Positions 22,371 to 32,739 are shown, numbered from the stretch's first letter. The stretch is DNA of 64,000 bases from an uncultured Bacteroidales bacterium (GCA_965143025.1 CBCSTG010000006.1:24475-88474), one strand, 5' to 3'. Numbers and translations: made by a program. The notes: a model not told the origin generated them from the letters alone.

Positions 22371-22862
22371 TTGCATCACATGAAATCACTTTTCGTTTTA
22401 ATTTTTATTTTAATGTATTCAGTGTCATTAAATGCTGAAACATTATTGAAAATCAATTTCAAGAATTCAGACCGAAATCCGGATATCTATATTCTTGAGA
22501 AACTTCCTAAAATCACTTTTGATAACGTGGGGAATGTTCTCTTCACATTGAATGGCAATGTTACATCTTATCTGCACTCTGATTTACAAAATTATGTAAT
22601 CGAAAATTTTCAATTTTCAACAATAGAAGATATAATTCCGGATTTATCTGATGAATCTCATGATTTTCTTATTGAAAAAGGTTACATAACCATCTGCAAG
22701 TCTTCCGTTAATGTCGATGTATTAATATATGATTTAATGGGACAAATTATATTTCGCGATACGGTATGCAAAGGCTCCTCACTATCAATACCATGCTCGA
22801 GTTTTAATAGAGGCATATATATTTTGTCACTTAACCACAAATCTTATAAATTCGTAATCTGA
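22371..22862 (+). CDS. Small secreted protein with T9SS C-terminal sorting domain
   Basis: N-terminal signal peptide and a C-terminal VLIYDLMGQIIF...GIYILSLNHKSYKFVI CTD-like sequence; AT-rich (about 30% GC). Confidence 0.55.
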   Translation: MHHMKSLFVLIFILMYSVSLNAETLLKINFKNSDRNPDIYILEKLPKITFDNVGNVLFTLNGNVTSYLHSDLQNYVIENFQFSTIEDIIPDLSDESHDFLIEKGYITICKSSVNVDVLIYDLMGQIIFRDTVCKGSSLSIPCSSFNRGIYILSLNHKSYKFVI

Positions 22863-25843
22863 TGAATCGATTCGCTATTATATTGCTATTCTTCGCAACT
22901 ACCTTTTCTATCTCTGCATCAATTAAACGGCTGGAAAACCCTTTATTTGTAAGGATGAATAATGTTGAAATGCCTCTGATAATGGATGCAACCCAAGTAG
23001 ACAGTATCACCTTTTCCTATATGAATCTTGATTCCGTTATCTGTTCAACTATTCAGAGTCAATTAATCTGGACTCCTGACACTACTTATATCATTCCGCT
23101 AAATGACCTCTCGGAAGTACAGTTTGAAACACCTTCAAATAATGTTCGTAATGATATTCAGGTTGTAGAAATAGATTCAGAAAGAATGAAATATATTCAT
23201 TCCTGCGATATTACGTTTTCGGATGACGGCGATTTTATCGGCAGGCCAACTATATATTTTTCAAATGATATGCCGGAAAATTTACGGCCTCGTCCTAATG
23301 AAATATGGGTATACAATGATTTTAACGAGAGATTTCCTTATGGTTTCTTAGGACGCCATTTATATAATTACGAGCCTCACAAGACCAGTATAAACTTAAA
23401 TTCTATCGTTTCGCCTTCAACCGTCCCTGATGGTTGTTTTTCATCCAAATTTGAAATATGTGATATATCTGATGCGTATGAAAACTATTATTCATCGTAT
23501 GAATTTACTCCTGAAATGCCGGCCCTATCTCCCGAGGAAATTTCAACATATAGCAGAAAGGACACTGTTGACATTCAACTACCATGGTATAAACTTGATG
23601 TTTCTCACGAATTAGAACTAAAAAAATGGAAAAACGCTCCTATAGACTTAAGTATAAATGGCGCAGTGGATTTCGAAGTAGGAACACGAGTCGGCATAAA
23701 AGTTATAACGAATAAATTGGTTGAAAATGGTAAAGATATAACATTTGTAGATATTACAGGTACTCATGATGTATCAGTCTCGGGTAACGTGTCACTGTCA
23801 GGAAGTATATCTAAAGACTTTCAAATATCACCGGATTTACAGGCCCGTATACCGGTTGCCCCATTAGTAGTAATGGGGTTGGGATTAGATATTGGCCTTG
23901 AATTAAGCGGGCAATTATCTTTTTGTTTTTCAGACGCTATTATTACGTCACACTATGGCGTTCATTTTGCAATAAATGGAGATGACAGACAATTAAAATC
24001 TTCGTTTAGACCGGAAATCCATTTAAACAAGCCCAAGGCCTACGGTGAAGGTGCTTTTTCTGTCGGGCCAAAGTTTAATATTTATATTGGCCTTCTAACC
24101 CGAAAATTAGCCTCTCTTGGCACCTCTTTAAATATTCAGGGAAGAGTATCTCTCAACGCCCCATTGTCATTGGATATGTGGAATAATTCACATTTAGACA
24201 CAAGACTATATTCCGCCCTGTCTGACCCCGAAAGCTTTAAGGTGGATTTAGTAGGCGGTATTGAAATAGTTTCAAAAGCCTTTGGAAATAAAAATGTGAT
24301 TAGCTCTTTAGATTTAATTAATATACCGATTTTAAGAAAACCAATTTTGCCTAAGTTTAGTGAAGTATCTGTTTTACGTAAAAACACATCTTTACTTGAG
24401 GTCAAAGCCATTGCTCAAAATTATAAATCTTTGGCAGCCCCGCTTTTTAATATGCCTGATTACATTGGTTTCAAATCTTTTACATGTGACAAACCGGAAT
24501 TAGCAGAATTCTCAACTAAGAATTTTTGTTCTAAAAGCAATGATTACGAATATACTTATATAGCTGATTTACCGAGTCATCCACAAGACAAAAGTTTTAT
24601 GATTTATCCATTTTATCAACCTTTCTTAAGTTTAGGAATTGATAAAATAGTCCTCTGTGAGCCGTTTGATCAAATATTAAATCTTAAGACTAATTCAAGG
24701 GGAAAATTCAAAGAGGCATACTTGGCTGTATATAATAAGCCTCATATCTATTATCAAACTACTAAATATAATTATAGTTATATGAATTTCCATTTAGTAT
24801 ATGATGTGAATTTCCCGGAATTCGATTTCACCCCATGTTTAGATGATGATACTGAGGAATGGGGCTGGTTTTACTTGGATAGCGGATATTCTGATGATGA
24901 TATACATCTTCGTCCCGATGAAGATGTTATTGAGCGCATATCTGAAATCGCCGCATACGATTTGGAGATGAATGATGATATGATGAAAGATGAAACTTAT
25001 GCTAACAGTGATCATTATACTTTCTACAATAAGAGCAAGAAACACATAATAAGGTCTAAGAAAGTAGTCGCCACTACAAGAGAATGTATAAACATCCAGT
25101 TTAAACGAAAGGATGGCATTTTTTCTGCGACATTTAATTCAGATGGGGTAATAGGATTCTATAAGAAAAACTTAGGCTCAACTAATAAATCTAAATATGA
25201 AATACTCTGGATTGACAGATGTCCATTAAGTTATCGAGAATTTCAACGAATATCATTTGCAAACCTGTCTGTCGTAAAATCTCAACCAGAAAATAGATAC
25301 CATGGTATTTACGACATTGATGCTGATGTCTTATTTGAAGGACAAATATGGAATTTCGTTGATCCTAATAATATTGATTTTGACTATGGGCCGTATTGTC
25401 TAAAACACTATCAAGAGGATCGTTATAACGTAGTCGGTTATAATTTTTCTGGTGAAGATGGGACACCTGAATGGTTTGACACTCATCTATTCCGCAATAT
25501 AGAAGATTATATGACGCTTGTCCCTAATAGATGTAATGAATATTTTAAAGCATGGAAAATGAAACCTGTCCACCATTTCGCCCTTAAGTCTTATGGCCTA
25601 TACAACTTAGATCCAAACGATTACCGCGGCTTCGGTATATACTCATGGTCTATGATTATAGCAGCTAACCAAAACTACGGGTCTAATATTTTAGCAAATC
25701 ATATATGGCATGAAACAGAAGTATTTAGAAATCCAATAACTGGAATTGTAACACTTAGAAAACTTCGAACATGTATTAGGCCCGTTGGTAAGCCGTTCGA
25801 CCCCCAAAAAGTAGGTTCTGACGATTGTTACATATATCATTGA
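22862..25843 (+). CDS. Large secreted hypothetical protein (993 aa), orphan
   Basis: Signal peptide MNRFAIILLFFATTFSISAS. The start overlaps the stop of the preceding gene (TGATG); about 33% GC; no domain recognised. Confidence 0.6.
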   Translation: MNRFAIILLFFATTFSISASIKRLENPLFVRMNNVEMPLIMDATQVDSITFSYMNLDSVICSTIQSQLIWTPDTTYIIPLNDLSEVQFETPSNNVRNDIQVVEIDSERMKYIHSCDITFSDDGDFIGRPTIYFSNDMPENLRPRPNEIWVYNDFNERFPYGFLGRHLYNYEPHKTSINLNSIVSPSTVPDGCFSSKFEICDISDAYENYYSSYEFTPEMPALSPEEISTYSRKDTVDIQLPWYKLDVSHELELKKWKNAPIDLSINGAVDFEVGTRVGIKVITNKLVENGKDITFVDITGTHDVSVSGNVSLSGSISKDFQISPDLQARIPVAPLVVMGLGLDIGLELSGQLSFCFSDAIITSHYGVHFAINGDDRQLKSSFRPEIHLNKPKAYGEGAFSVGPKFNIYIGLLTRKLASLGTSLNIQGRVSLNAPLSLDMWNNSHLDTRLYSALSDPESFKVDLVGGIEIVSKAFGNKNVISSLDLINIPILRKPILPKFSEVSVLRKNTSLLEVKAIAQNYKSLAAPLFNMPDYIGFKSFTCDKPELAEFSTKNFCSKSNDYEYTYIADLPSHPQDKSFMIYPFYQPFLSLGIDKIVLCEPFDQILNLKTNSRGKFKEAYLAVYNKPHIYYQTTKYNYSYMNFHLVYDVNFPEFDFTPCLDDDTEEWGWFYLDSGYSDDDIHLRPDEDVIERISEIAAYDLEMNDDMMKDETYANSDHYTFYNKSKKHIIRSKKVVATTRECINIQFKRKDGIFSATFNSDGVIGFYKKNLGSTNKSKYEILWIDRCPLSYREFQRISFANLSVVKSQPENRYHGIYDIDADVLFEGQIWNFVDPNNIDFDYGPYCLKHYQEDRYNVVGYNFSGEDGTPEWFDTHLFRNIEDYMTLVPNRCNEYFKAWKMKPVHHFALKSYGLYNLDPNDYRGFGIYSWSMIIAANQNYGSNILANHIWHETEVFRNPITGIVTLRKLRTCIRPVGKPFDPQKVGSDDCYIYH

Positions 25844-26047
25844 GTTTTAAAATTAATATTAAAAATAAGCCAACAACGTAGACTCCCAGATTTCTCCGGG
25901 AGTCAGTTGTTTGTGTCCGTCCTAAAGAGGCCGCCCTTTGCGCATAAACATCTCTGTAGAATACTTTAGAATATTTTGTAGTACAGTGGCTTTATTATAT
26001 GCATTTTTTGTAATTTTGGGGGCTTTAATCAGGAATCTATACATAAC

Positions 26048-28462
26048 ATGAATTTCAAAGTTTTATATCGCACATTATCTATCGCGTTGGGCGTGGCTCT
26101 GTCGGCCGGGATGTCGGCATCGGCCTACGATGCGGCTTATTACAATTCTTGCGAAGGCACGGGCGGTCAGAATCTTCTCAAAGCTCTTGCTTCCACTATC
26201 GCAGACCATACGGTCGTCAGCTATGACGGCCTGTGGACTCTCTATCAGAGCTCGGATGTCAATGCGTCGGGACGCATATGGGATATGTATTCGACCAAAG
26301 AGTGGTCGACGGGCGAGAAATGCGGCAGCTACAAGAAAATCGGTGACTGCTACAATCGCGAGCATTCGTTCCCCAAAAGCTGGTTCAGCAAACGCTCGCC
26401 GATGGTCAGCGACGCGTTCCACATATACCCTACTGACGGATATGTCAACGGCAAACGCGGCAATATGCCCTACGGCGAATGTGCCAACGGCACTGCGGCC
26501 GCTCCGTCGTCGGGCAACATAAAGGCCCTCGGCAAAATCGGCACATGCACTTCGCCAGGCTATTCAGGCACCGTATTTGAGCCCGATGACGAATACAAGG
26601 GCGACTTCGCGCGCTCGTATTTCTATATGGCGGCCTGCTACAACTCGCAAATCTCGGGCTGGAGCTCGCCGATGCTCGCCGGAAACAGCTATCCGGCCTT
26701 CAAACAGTGGGCCGTCGACGTGCTGCTCAAATGGCACCGTCAGGACCCGGTGAGCGATAAGGAAATCGCGCGCAATGACGCCGTCTACGCACGCCAGCAC
26801 AACCGCAACCCGTTTATAGACCATCCGGAGATGGTCGAATATATCTGGGGCAACAAAAAAACACAGACGTGGAGCTCGGGCGCCGTCACCGAGGGCACTA
26901 TCAATACGCCGGTCAACAACTCGACAGTCGACATGGGCACAACAGCCGTCGGCTATAAGCTGACGACGGTTATAACAGTCAAAGGCACCTCGCTGAGCGA
27001 TAACGTCAGCCTCAGCTTGTCGTCGCCGGCATTTACCGTCAGCCCGCAGACACTCACCGCCGCCGACGTATGCTCGGCTGCCGGTGCCAAGGCTACAGTG
27101 ACATTTACCCCGGCATCGACGGGCAACGCCTCGGCGACATTAAGCGTCGTGTCGGGCTCGGCGTCATCGACCGTCAAACTGACCGCAACCGTCATCGAGG
27201 GCCTCGCCGTGATGGACCCCGAGAATGTCAACGAGAACGGTTTCACGGCCCGATGGACATATGTAGGCGACGCTTTTACGGGTGATAAATACCGCCTGAC
27301 CGTCAACGAGCTCGGCGGACCGCTGCAGGGTTATCCGGTCGATGTCGACGCCCGCGCCGGTTATTATGTGGTCGACGACCTCGAGCCCGGCTCACAGTAT
27401 ACCTACCAACTGCAGTCACGCTCGATGACCTCGCGCGTGGTGAGCGTCTCGACTCCGGCCGCCATGCCGTCAGTGTCGTTCTACTACGACGGCGACCTCG
27501 GCTTCTCGACAACACCCGGCGAGCCGTCTGAGGCGGCCGAACTGCTCGTGGATATCGAAAACATCGACACCGACGTCGAACTGAGCGTCGAGAGCCCGTT
27601 CGAACTCAGCACCGACCGCACGACGTGGTCACAGCAGGTGACACTCTCGCCTGTCGAAGACCGCATCTACATGCGTGTCAACAGCGCCGCAGCCGGCACC
27701 TTCACAACGTTCCTCGTGGCCCGTGCCGGCGACTACCTCAACGATGATGTAAGTGTCAAAGCCATTGTAGCGCAGCCTGCGTCATTCCTTGAGGACTTCG
27801 AGGCCAAAATCACAACATCGGGTTATGATGGCGGCGAATATAACGGCACGGCGGCAACATGGCTGTTCTCAAACGTCGGCATGTATGCCGATGACGATCG
27901 TCAGGCTCACGGAGGCAAGCAGTGTGTGCGCTTCGGTAAAAACGCCACAAGTTCCATAACAATGACTACCGACAAGCCACGCGGCGCCGGCAATGTCAGC
28001 CTATGGGCGGCTCTTTACAGCAGCGACGCCGAGGCTACGGTCGAACTCTTCAGTTCGACCGACGAGGGACGCACATGGCAGTCGGCCGGCACAGCCGATA
28101 TCAAAGACCGCGCGTACAAAGAGTTTAACTTTGCCGTAAACCGTGCGGGCAACGTCCGCCTCGCCCTCAGACAGACCGACGGCAAACGCATTTATGTCGA
28201 TGACATCAAGGTCGACGACTACGACTCTCAGTCGGGCTGCGACGACCCGATGCTCGATTATCATGCATGGGACGCTTTCTGCCGTGACGGACGTCTCGTC
28301 ATCACCTGTCGCGGGGAGGCAGCCTCAGCCGCCGTACACTCGATTGACGGCATCACCCGCTTTACAGGCACTCTGTCGTCGGGAGAGACCGTAATGACGC
28401 TGCCCGCAGGACTCTATGTCGTGGTCATCGGTGACTTCAGCCGCCGCGTGTTAGTCAAATAA
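26048..28462 (+). CDS. Extracellular endonuclease I family nuclease with Ig/Fn3-like repeats and T9SS C-terminal sorting domain
   Basis: Signal peptide; Endonuclease_1 motif NREHSFPKSWF; the C-terminus (GLYVVVIGDFSRRVLVK) is T9SS-CTD-like; 804 aa. Confidence 0.7.
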   Translation: MNFKVLYRTLSIALGVALSAGMSASAYDAAYYNSCEGTGGQNLLKALASTIADHTVVSYDGLWTLYQSSDVNASGRIWDMYSTKEWSTGEKCGSYKKIGDCYNREHSFPKSWFSKRSPMVSDAFHIYPTDGYVNGKRGNMPYGECANGTAAAPSSGNIKALGKIGTCTSPGYSGTVFEPDDEYKGDFARSYFYMAACYNSQISGWSSPMLAGNSYPAFKQWAVDVLLKWHRQDPVSDKEIARNDAVYARQHNRNPFIDHPEMVEYIWGNKKTQTWSSGAVTEGTINTPVNNSTVDMGTTAVGYKLTTVITVKGTSLSDNVSLSLSSPAFTVSPQTLTAADVCSAAGAKATVTFTPASTGNASATLSVVSGSASSTVKLTATVIEGLAVMDPENVNENGFTARWTYVGDAFTGDKYRLTVNELGGPLQGYPVDVDARAGYYVVDDLEPGSQYTYQLQSRSMTSRVVSVSTPAAMPSVSFYYDGDLGFSTTPGEPSEAAELLVDIENIDTDVELSVESPFELSTDRTTWSQQVTLSPVEDRIYMRVNSAAAGTFTTFLVARAGDYLNDDVSVKAIVAQPASFLEDFEAKITTSGYDGGEYNGTAATWLFSNVGMYADDDRQAHGGKQCVRFGKNATSSITMTTDKPRGAGNVSLWAALYSSDAEATVELFSSTDEGRTWQSAGTADIKDRAYKEFNFAVNRAGNVRLALRQTDGKRIYVDDIKVDDYDSQSGCDDPMLDYHAWDAFCRDGRLVITCRGEAASAAVHSIDGITRFTGTLSSGETVMTLPAGLYVVVIGDFSRRVLVK

Positions 28463-28483
28463 CGCACTCGCCACAAGAGATTG

Positions 28484-28524
28484 ACGCGGAGCCGGTTATC
28501 AAATCGACTCCGCGTCTTTTTTTA
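28484..28524 (+). terminator. Terminator after the nuclease gene
   Basis: GACGCGGAGCCGG...CGACTCCGCGTC hairpin followed by a T-run. Confidence 0.55.
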
Positions 28525-28902
28525 TCTAAAAACTAAACAATTACATCCTCGGAGACGTTGTAATAGCAAACGTGAATGACGGCCAAGCCGGAGAACGTCA
28601 GAGATAGAAATCCCGCAAACCCGAGGTGGCTGAAATCGCCGCCGGCGTCGCTCCCCCAAAATGTCAAGCTTGGCTTTGCTGTAAACCATAGAGCTTTGCT
28701 AACTTTAAGAAGTTCAACAAAGCGGAGTCGCCCAAGCGCTGTCGGCGACTCCGCTTTGCTCTTGTATGACAGAAGTTTTGGCTTTATCAGACGAATCGGT
28801 ATTGACTGCAAATCAACGATTTATATAATCGCCGTAAATTTTACGCTCAAAAACTTGCGAGAATCAACTAAAAAACCTAACTTTGCAACGCAAAACGCAA
28901 AT

Positions 28903-28975
28903 GGTGCCATAGCTCAGTTGGTAGAGCAAAGGACTGAAAATCCTTGTGTCACTGGTTCGATTCCCGTTGGCACCA
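28903..28975 (+). tRNA. tRNA-Phe (GAA)
   Basis: GGTGCCATAGCTCAGTTGGTAGAGCAAAGGACTGAAAATCCTTGTGTCACTGGTTCGATTCCCGTTGGCACCA; canonical cloverleaf; anticodon loop CTGAAAA. Confidence 0.9.
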
Positions 28976-28984
28976 CAGAAAATC

Positions 28985-29013
28985 AGAGAGTTACTTCAAC
29001 AGTAACTCTCTTT
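28985..29013 (+). terminator. tRNA terminator
   Basis: AGAGAGTTACTtcaacAGTAACTCTCT followed by TTTTTTT. Confidence 0.7.
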
Positions 29014-29177
29014 TTTTATTCCCTGACAGCCCTGCGGCAGCCCACGGAAGCTGACGGTTAAACAGAGAGTTAAACCGGGCCAGCGGCAAAACCGTTGAAA
29101 TGTCGACACAAAATAGCCATTCGCTTTAGCGGTCTCATCCGCACAGCGGTGCAGTGATGTAAGCAATTAAATGTAGA

Positions 29178-29269
29178 AGGGACATGCCAAAGCGAGCGAC
29201 ATAGAGCGGCGGCATGTATAATTCGCAAATCATGGGGGGCCACATTATACGTGCCGAATGGCACGTCCC
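29178..29269 (+). repeat. Interspersed palindromic repeat element (MITE/REP-like), third locus
   Basis: GGGACATGCCAAAGCGAGCGACATAGAGCGGCGGCATGTATAA...TTATACGTGCCGAATGGCACGTCCC is about 75% identical to the 16511 copy, with the same hairpin architecture. Confidence 0.7.
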
Positions 29270-29378
29270 ATTTGTTTTTAACAACCGCTTTTTTACATTG
29301 CCCCTTAAAATGTTGGCTCATGAGCGGTTGGATGAAATATTATTTATAATTTTGCATATATACGCCCTATAAATCCGA

Positions 29379-30812
29379 ATGATAGCTAAAGAGGAAATAT
29401 TGGAACTGCTGAAATCCACCGAGTCGTATCGTGTGGAACGCACTTCCAGTACAGGCAACATGGACAAGTTCTGTGAGGCCATCTGCGCGTTTGCCAACGA
29501 TATGCCCGGCTCCCGCAAGAACGGCTATCTGATTATCGGAGCAAAAGATGATGGCAGTATTGCCGGTATGAAAGTTGACGATGCCCTGCTTAAGAAGATT
29601 GCAGGCATCCGTTCTGACGGTAATATACTCCCGTTGCCGACCATGTCGGTTGAACGTTTTTCGTTTCCTGAAGGTGATTTGCTCGTTGCAGAGGTCAGAC
29701 CATCCGATTTACCTCCGGTTCGCTATCGCGGTAGAGTATTTATTCGTGTCGGACCTCGCAGGGATATTGCTACTGAAGCGGAGGAGAGGATCCTTGCTGA
29801 ACGTCGCTGTTCATTCATGGCAACTTTTGACGCGACACCTTGCCTAAACGCCAAACCGGAAGATTTGGATATTGATTACATCAAGACCAAATATCTCCCG
29901 ATGGTGTTTGATGAAGAAACGCTCGCGACGGACAAACGCGATATCAAAGAGCAACTTGCATCAATACATCTTTACGACCGGGACAACGACTGCCCAACTT
30001 ACGCTGGAATAATCCTTTTCGGCATCAATCCCAAATATTTTCTTCTCGGCGATTATGTGCAGTTCGTACGATTTGCGGGGAAAGACAAAGGAGGCGACAT
30101 ATTAAATGAACGTCAGTTTACCGGTCCGCTCTATAAGATGTTGCCGACACTGGAATCATTTGTAAAGGATGCCATAATCACACAGCGTCCGGTTCCGGAA
30201 TCGTTATTCCGTGAACGCACTGTCTGGAATTATCCGGAAGGTGCTATCCGAGAATTGCTGATGAACGCCTGTATGCACAGGGATTATCAAGCTAATATGC
30301 CGATTCGACTATATCAGTTTGATAATTATATCGAAGTGATGAATGCCGGTGGACTGTATGGCGAAGCTCGCCCTGAGAATTTCCCGTCGGTCAATGACTA
30401 TCGCAACCCGCTCGTGGCAGAAGCTATGAGAGTGATGAAGTATGTCAACAAGTTCAACCGTGGTGTTACCCGTGTGCAGGAGATGTTGAAAGATAACGGC
30501 AATCCTCCGGCAGAATTTGACGTGAATACAATCACCGCATTCCGCGTGAATGTCCATGCTACAAACGAATCCGACTTGTCGAAGGGCACAAGTCAACCCC
30601 TAAGTCAACCCCTAAGTCAATCGATTGAGGAAAAGATTGTAGAGTTCTGCAAAGAGCCACGCTCATTAGCCGAGATAATGCGATATCTTGGATATAAGGA
30701 CAGGGTAAAGTTTAAGAAGAAATATATTAATCCGTTATTGGGTAACGCATTGGCTATGACTATCCCGGATAAGCCCAATAGCCGGAATCAGAAATATGTG
30801 ACAATAATATAA
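29379..30812 (+). CDS. AlbA_2 (Schlafen-like putative DNA-binding) plus HATPase_c_4 protein with C-terminal wHTH-like tail
   Basis: N-terminus MIAKEEILELLKSTESYRVERTSS...GYLIIGAKDDGS and LPPVRYRGRVFIRVGPRR are typical of AlbA_2; the C-terminus carries an SQPLSQPLSQS repeat; 477 aa. Confidence 0.65.
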   Translation: MIAKEEILELLKSTESYRVERTSSTGNMDKFCEAICAFANDMPGSRKNGYLIIGAKDDGSIAGMKVDDALLKKIAGIRSDGNILPLPTMSVERFSFPEGDLLVAEVRPSDLPPVRYRGRVFIRVGPRRDIATEAEERILAERRCSFMATFDATPCLNAKPEDLDIDYIKTKYLPMVFDEETLATDKRDIKEQLASIHLYDRDNDCPTYAGIILFGINPKYFLLGDYVQFVRFAGKDKGGDILNERQFTGPLYKMLPTLESFVKDAIITQRPVPESLFRERTVWNYPEGAIRELLMNACMHRDYQANMPIRLYQFDNYIEVMNAGGLYGEARPENFPSVNDYRNPLVAEAMRVMKYVNKFNRGVTRVQEMLKDNGNPPAEFDVNTITAFRVNVHATNESDLSKGTSQPLSQPLSQSIEEKIVEFCKEPRSLAEIMRYLGYKDRVKFKKKYINPLLGNALAMTIPDKPNSRNQKYVTII

Positions 30813-30878
30813 GAAATCTGACTTGATGCCTGACTTGATGCCTAAACCACAAGTCAGGCATCAAGTTGAATATTTGTT
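30812..30878. terminator. Strong bidirectional hairpin after the AlbA_2 gene
   Basis: CTTGATGCCTGACTTG...CAAGTCAGGCATCAAG, a 16-bp perfect inverted repeat, preceded by a tandem GACTTGATGCCT duplication. Confidence 0.5.
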
Positions 30879-31447
30879 GCATTTTGCGTTTTTGATGGAT
30901 TATAACATTATCACATATGCCATATATTGTTGCGATAGACGCACACCTTTTCTTTCGAATAACTAATACACTGATAATCAGCATACAAATCACGCCAACA
31001 CAAAATCATTCAGCATCATTCACCCCCACATCTCCGCCTCATAGCTCCAAACCTTAACAGACTTTAACTATAATCGGGTGGTAAAACCTTTAGCTCGACG
31101 AGGCTTGACCGAGTCAAATGCAGTGATCTCGGCCAAAATTTAGCCGGGTCAGCACGCCAAATCGTTAAAACCTCAAAAATTATTCGTAATTTTGCAGTTG
31201 GATTGGCGTCCCCTTTCCACGACATTTTGAAAATAAGAAGCGTTATGCTTATCTTGTAGGTGAAAACGTAGGAACTTTTCATTAAGTGCAAGGATAGCAT
31301 AGTGGTTCTCACGCGTATAGCGTGGGCTGCTATTGTTACATCTGCACTAATGGTTTCCTACGACCTTCACTTAAGACGTGGCATAGAAGTCCACGCTTCT
31401 GTTTTAGTAACGATCAAGTGGACTCTGGTCATGTCATACTTGCAAAT

Positions 31448-32554
31448 ATGGCGATAATAGACATCGTAAAACATCAAACCGTAGATGGTGAACTTTGCTT
31501 TAAGTTCGATTCAGACGATTTGCGTATGGGGACCCAACTTGTGGTTCACCCTGCGCAAACAGCGTTCTTTGTCAAGGGTGGAGCTATCTGTGACGAGTTT
31601 ACGGCTGGCACATATAAACTCGACACCGAGAATATTCCAATTCTTAACAAAATCATCAATCTTCCATTTGGCTCTGATTCTCCTTTCCAAGCTGAGGTCT
31701 GGTTCGTCAATCAAACAACCAAATTGAATCTCCCATGGGGAACTCCTCACCCTATTCAGATAGAAGACCCTCGCTATCACATAATAGTACCAGTCCGTGC
31801 TCACGGTCAGTACGGTATACGTGTTACCAATCCGCGCTTGTTTCTTGAAACACTAATTGGCAGCATGGGATCATTCACATCTGAACAAATAGAACAATTC
31901 TATAAAGGCCGAATTATCTCAGCCTTGAACACTCTTCTTGCCCAACAGATAGTGACGAACGGTATCTCTATCCTTGATATAAATACGCTACTCCTTTCGA
32001 TGTCCGACTCCATCAACGAGCAACTAAATCAGTTGCTTGTAAAATATGGCGTCTCTATTATTGAGTTTGCTATAATGTCTGTGACATTCCCGCAGGATGA
32101 CGAGAGCGTTATCAAACTCAAAAATGCGAAAGACCTTGCCGCTCGTCTCAACATTACTGGCCGTGATGTGTACCAAATGGAGCGTAGCTTCAATGTGCTT
32201 GAAGCCGCTGCAAACAACGAGGGTGCAGGAGGCCAAATGATGGGCCTCGGAGTTGGGCTTGGAGCCGGTGTCGGAGTCGGTAATGCTGTCGGAAATATTG
32301 CAGGGCAGTACATGAACACTAACCCTTCACAAGTGCCGCCACTTCCGCAATCAAATCCTTTGTACTACCTTGCAATCAATGGTCAGCAAATTCCTAACTT
32401 AACTGTTGAGAACATTACCGCTTATATTGCCAATGGTATGGCAAATGGGCAGACACTCGCTTGGACTGCCGGAATGTCAACCTGGCTTCCTATAGCTCAA
32501 ATCCCGACATTGACCTCCTTAGTGAATATCCCAACGCCTCCGCCACTTCCTTAA
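31448..32554 (+). CDS. SPFH/band-7-like domain protein with C-terminal DUF4339 (GYF-like) domain
   Basis: Start at the internal MAIIDIVKHQ. The SPFH-like core is followed by a Gly-rich linker (GLGVGLGAGVGVG) and a DUF4339-like C-terminus (YYLAINGQQ...TLAWTAGMSTW). Confidence 0.55.
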   Translation: MAIIDIVKHQTVDGELCFKFDSDDLRMGTQLVVHPAQTAFFVKGGAICDEFTAGTYKLDTENIPILNKIINLPFGSDSPFQAEVWFVNQTTKLNLPWGTPHPIQIEDPRYHIIVPVRAHGQYGIRVTNPRLFLETLIGSMGSFTSEQIEQFYKGRIISALNTLLAQQIVTNGISILDINTLLLSMSDSINEQLNQLLVKYGVSIIEFAIMSVTFPQDDESVIKLKNAKDLAARLNITGRDVYQMERSFNVLEAAANNEGAGGQMMGLGVGLGAGVGVGNAVGNIAGQYMNTNPSQVPPLPQSNPLYYLAINGQQIPNLTVENITAYIANGMANGQTLAWTAGMSTWLPIAQIPTLTSLVNIPTPPPLP

Positions 32555-32562
32555 ATGTCTGA

Positions 32563-32739
32563 ATGATGAAACGATTATCACACATATTATTCGTCATTTC
32601 CTTGGCGATAGATATAATAGCCGGACTTATATTGTCATGCTATCCTTTATTCAACATGGCTCTAAACTCTGTTGTACTTGTAATAGCCGCCTTGTTTTCT
32701 ATTTGGGTAAACAAGAAAACACTCTTATGTGGGGCATAA
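32563..32739 (+). CDS. Small hydrophobic protein (58 aa, two predicted TM helices) immediately downstream of the SPFH gene
   Basis: ATG lies 9 nt after the SPFH stop; sequence MMKRLSHILFVISLAIDIIAGLILSCYPLFNMALNSVVLVIAALFSIWVNKKTLLCGA. It is below the ORF-track length cutoff. Confidence 0.35.
   Translation: MMKRLSHILFVISLAIDIIAGLILSCYPLFNMALNSVVLVIAALFSIWVNKKTLLCGA

Noticed and set aside
28576-29061. 161-aa + strand ORF
   Set aside because: It overlaps tRNA-Phe and its terminator, so it is spurious.
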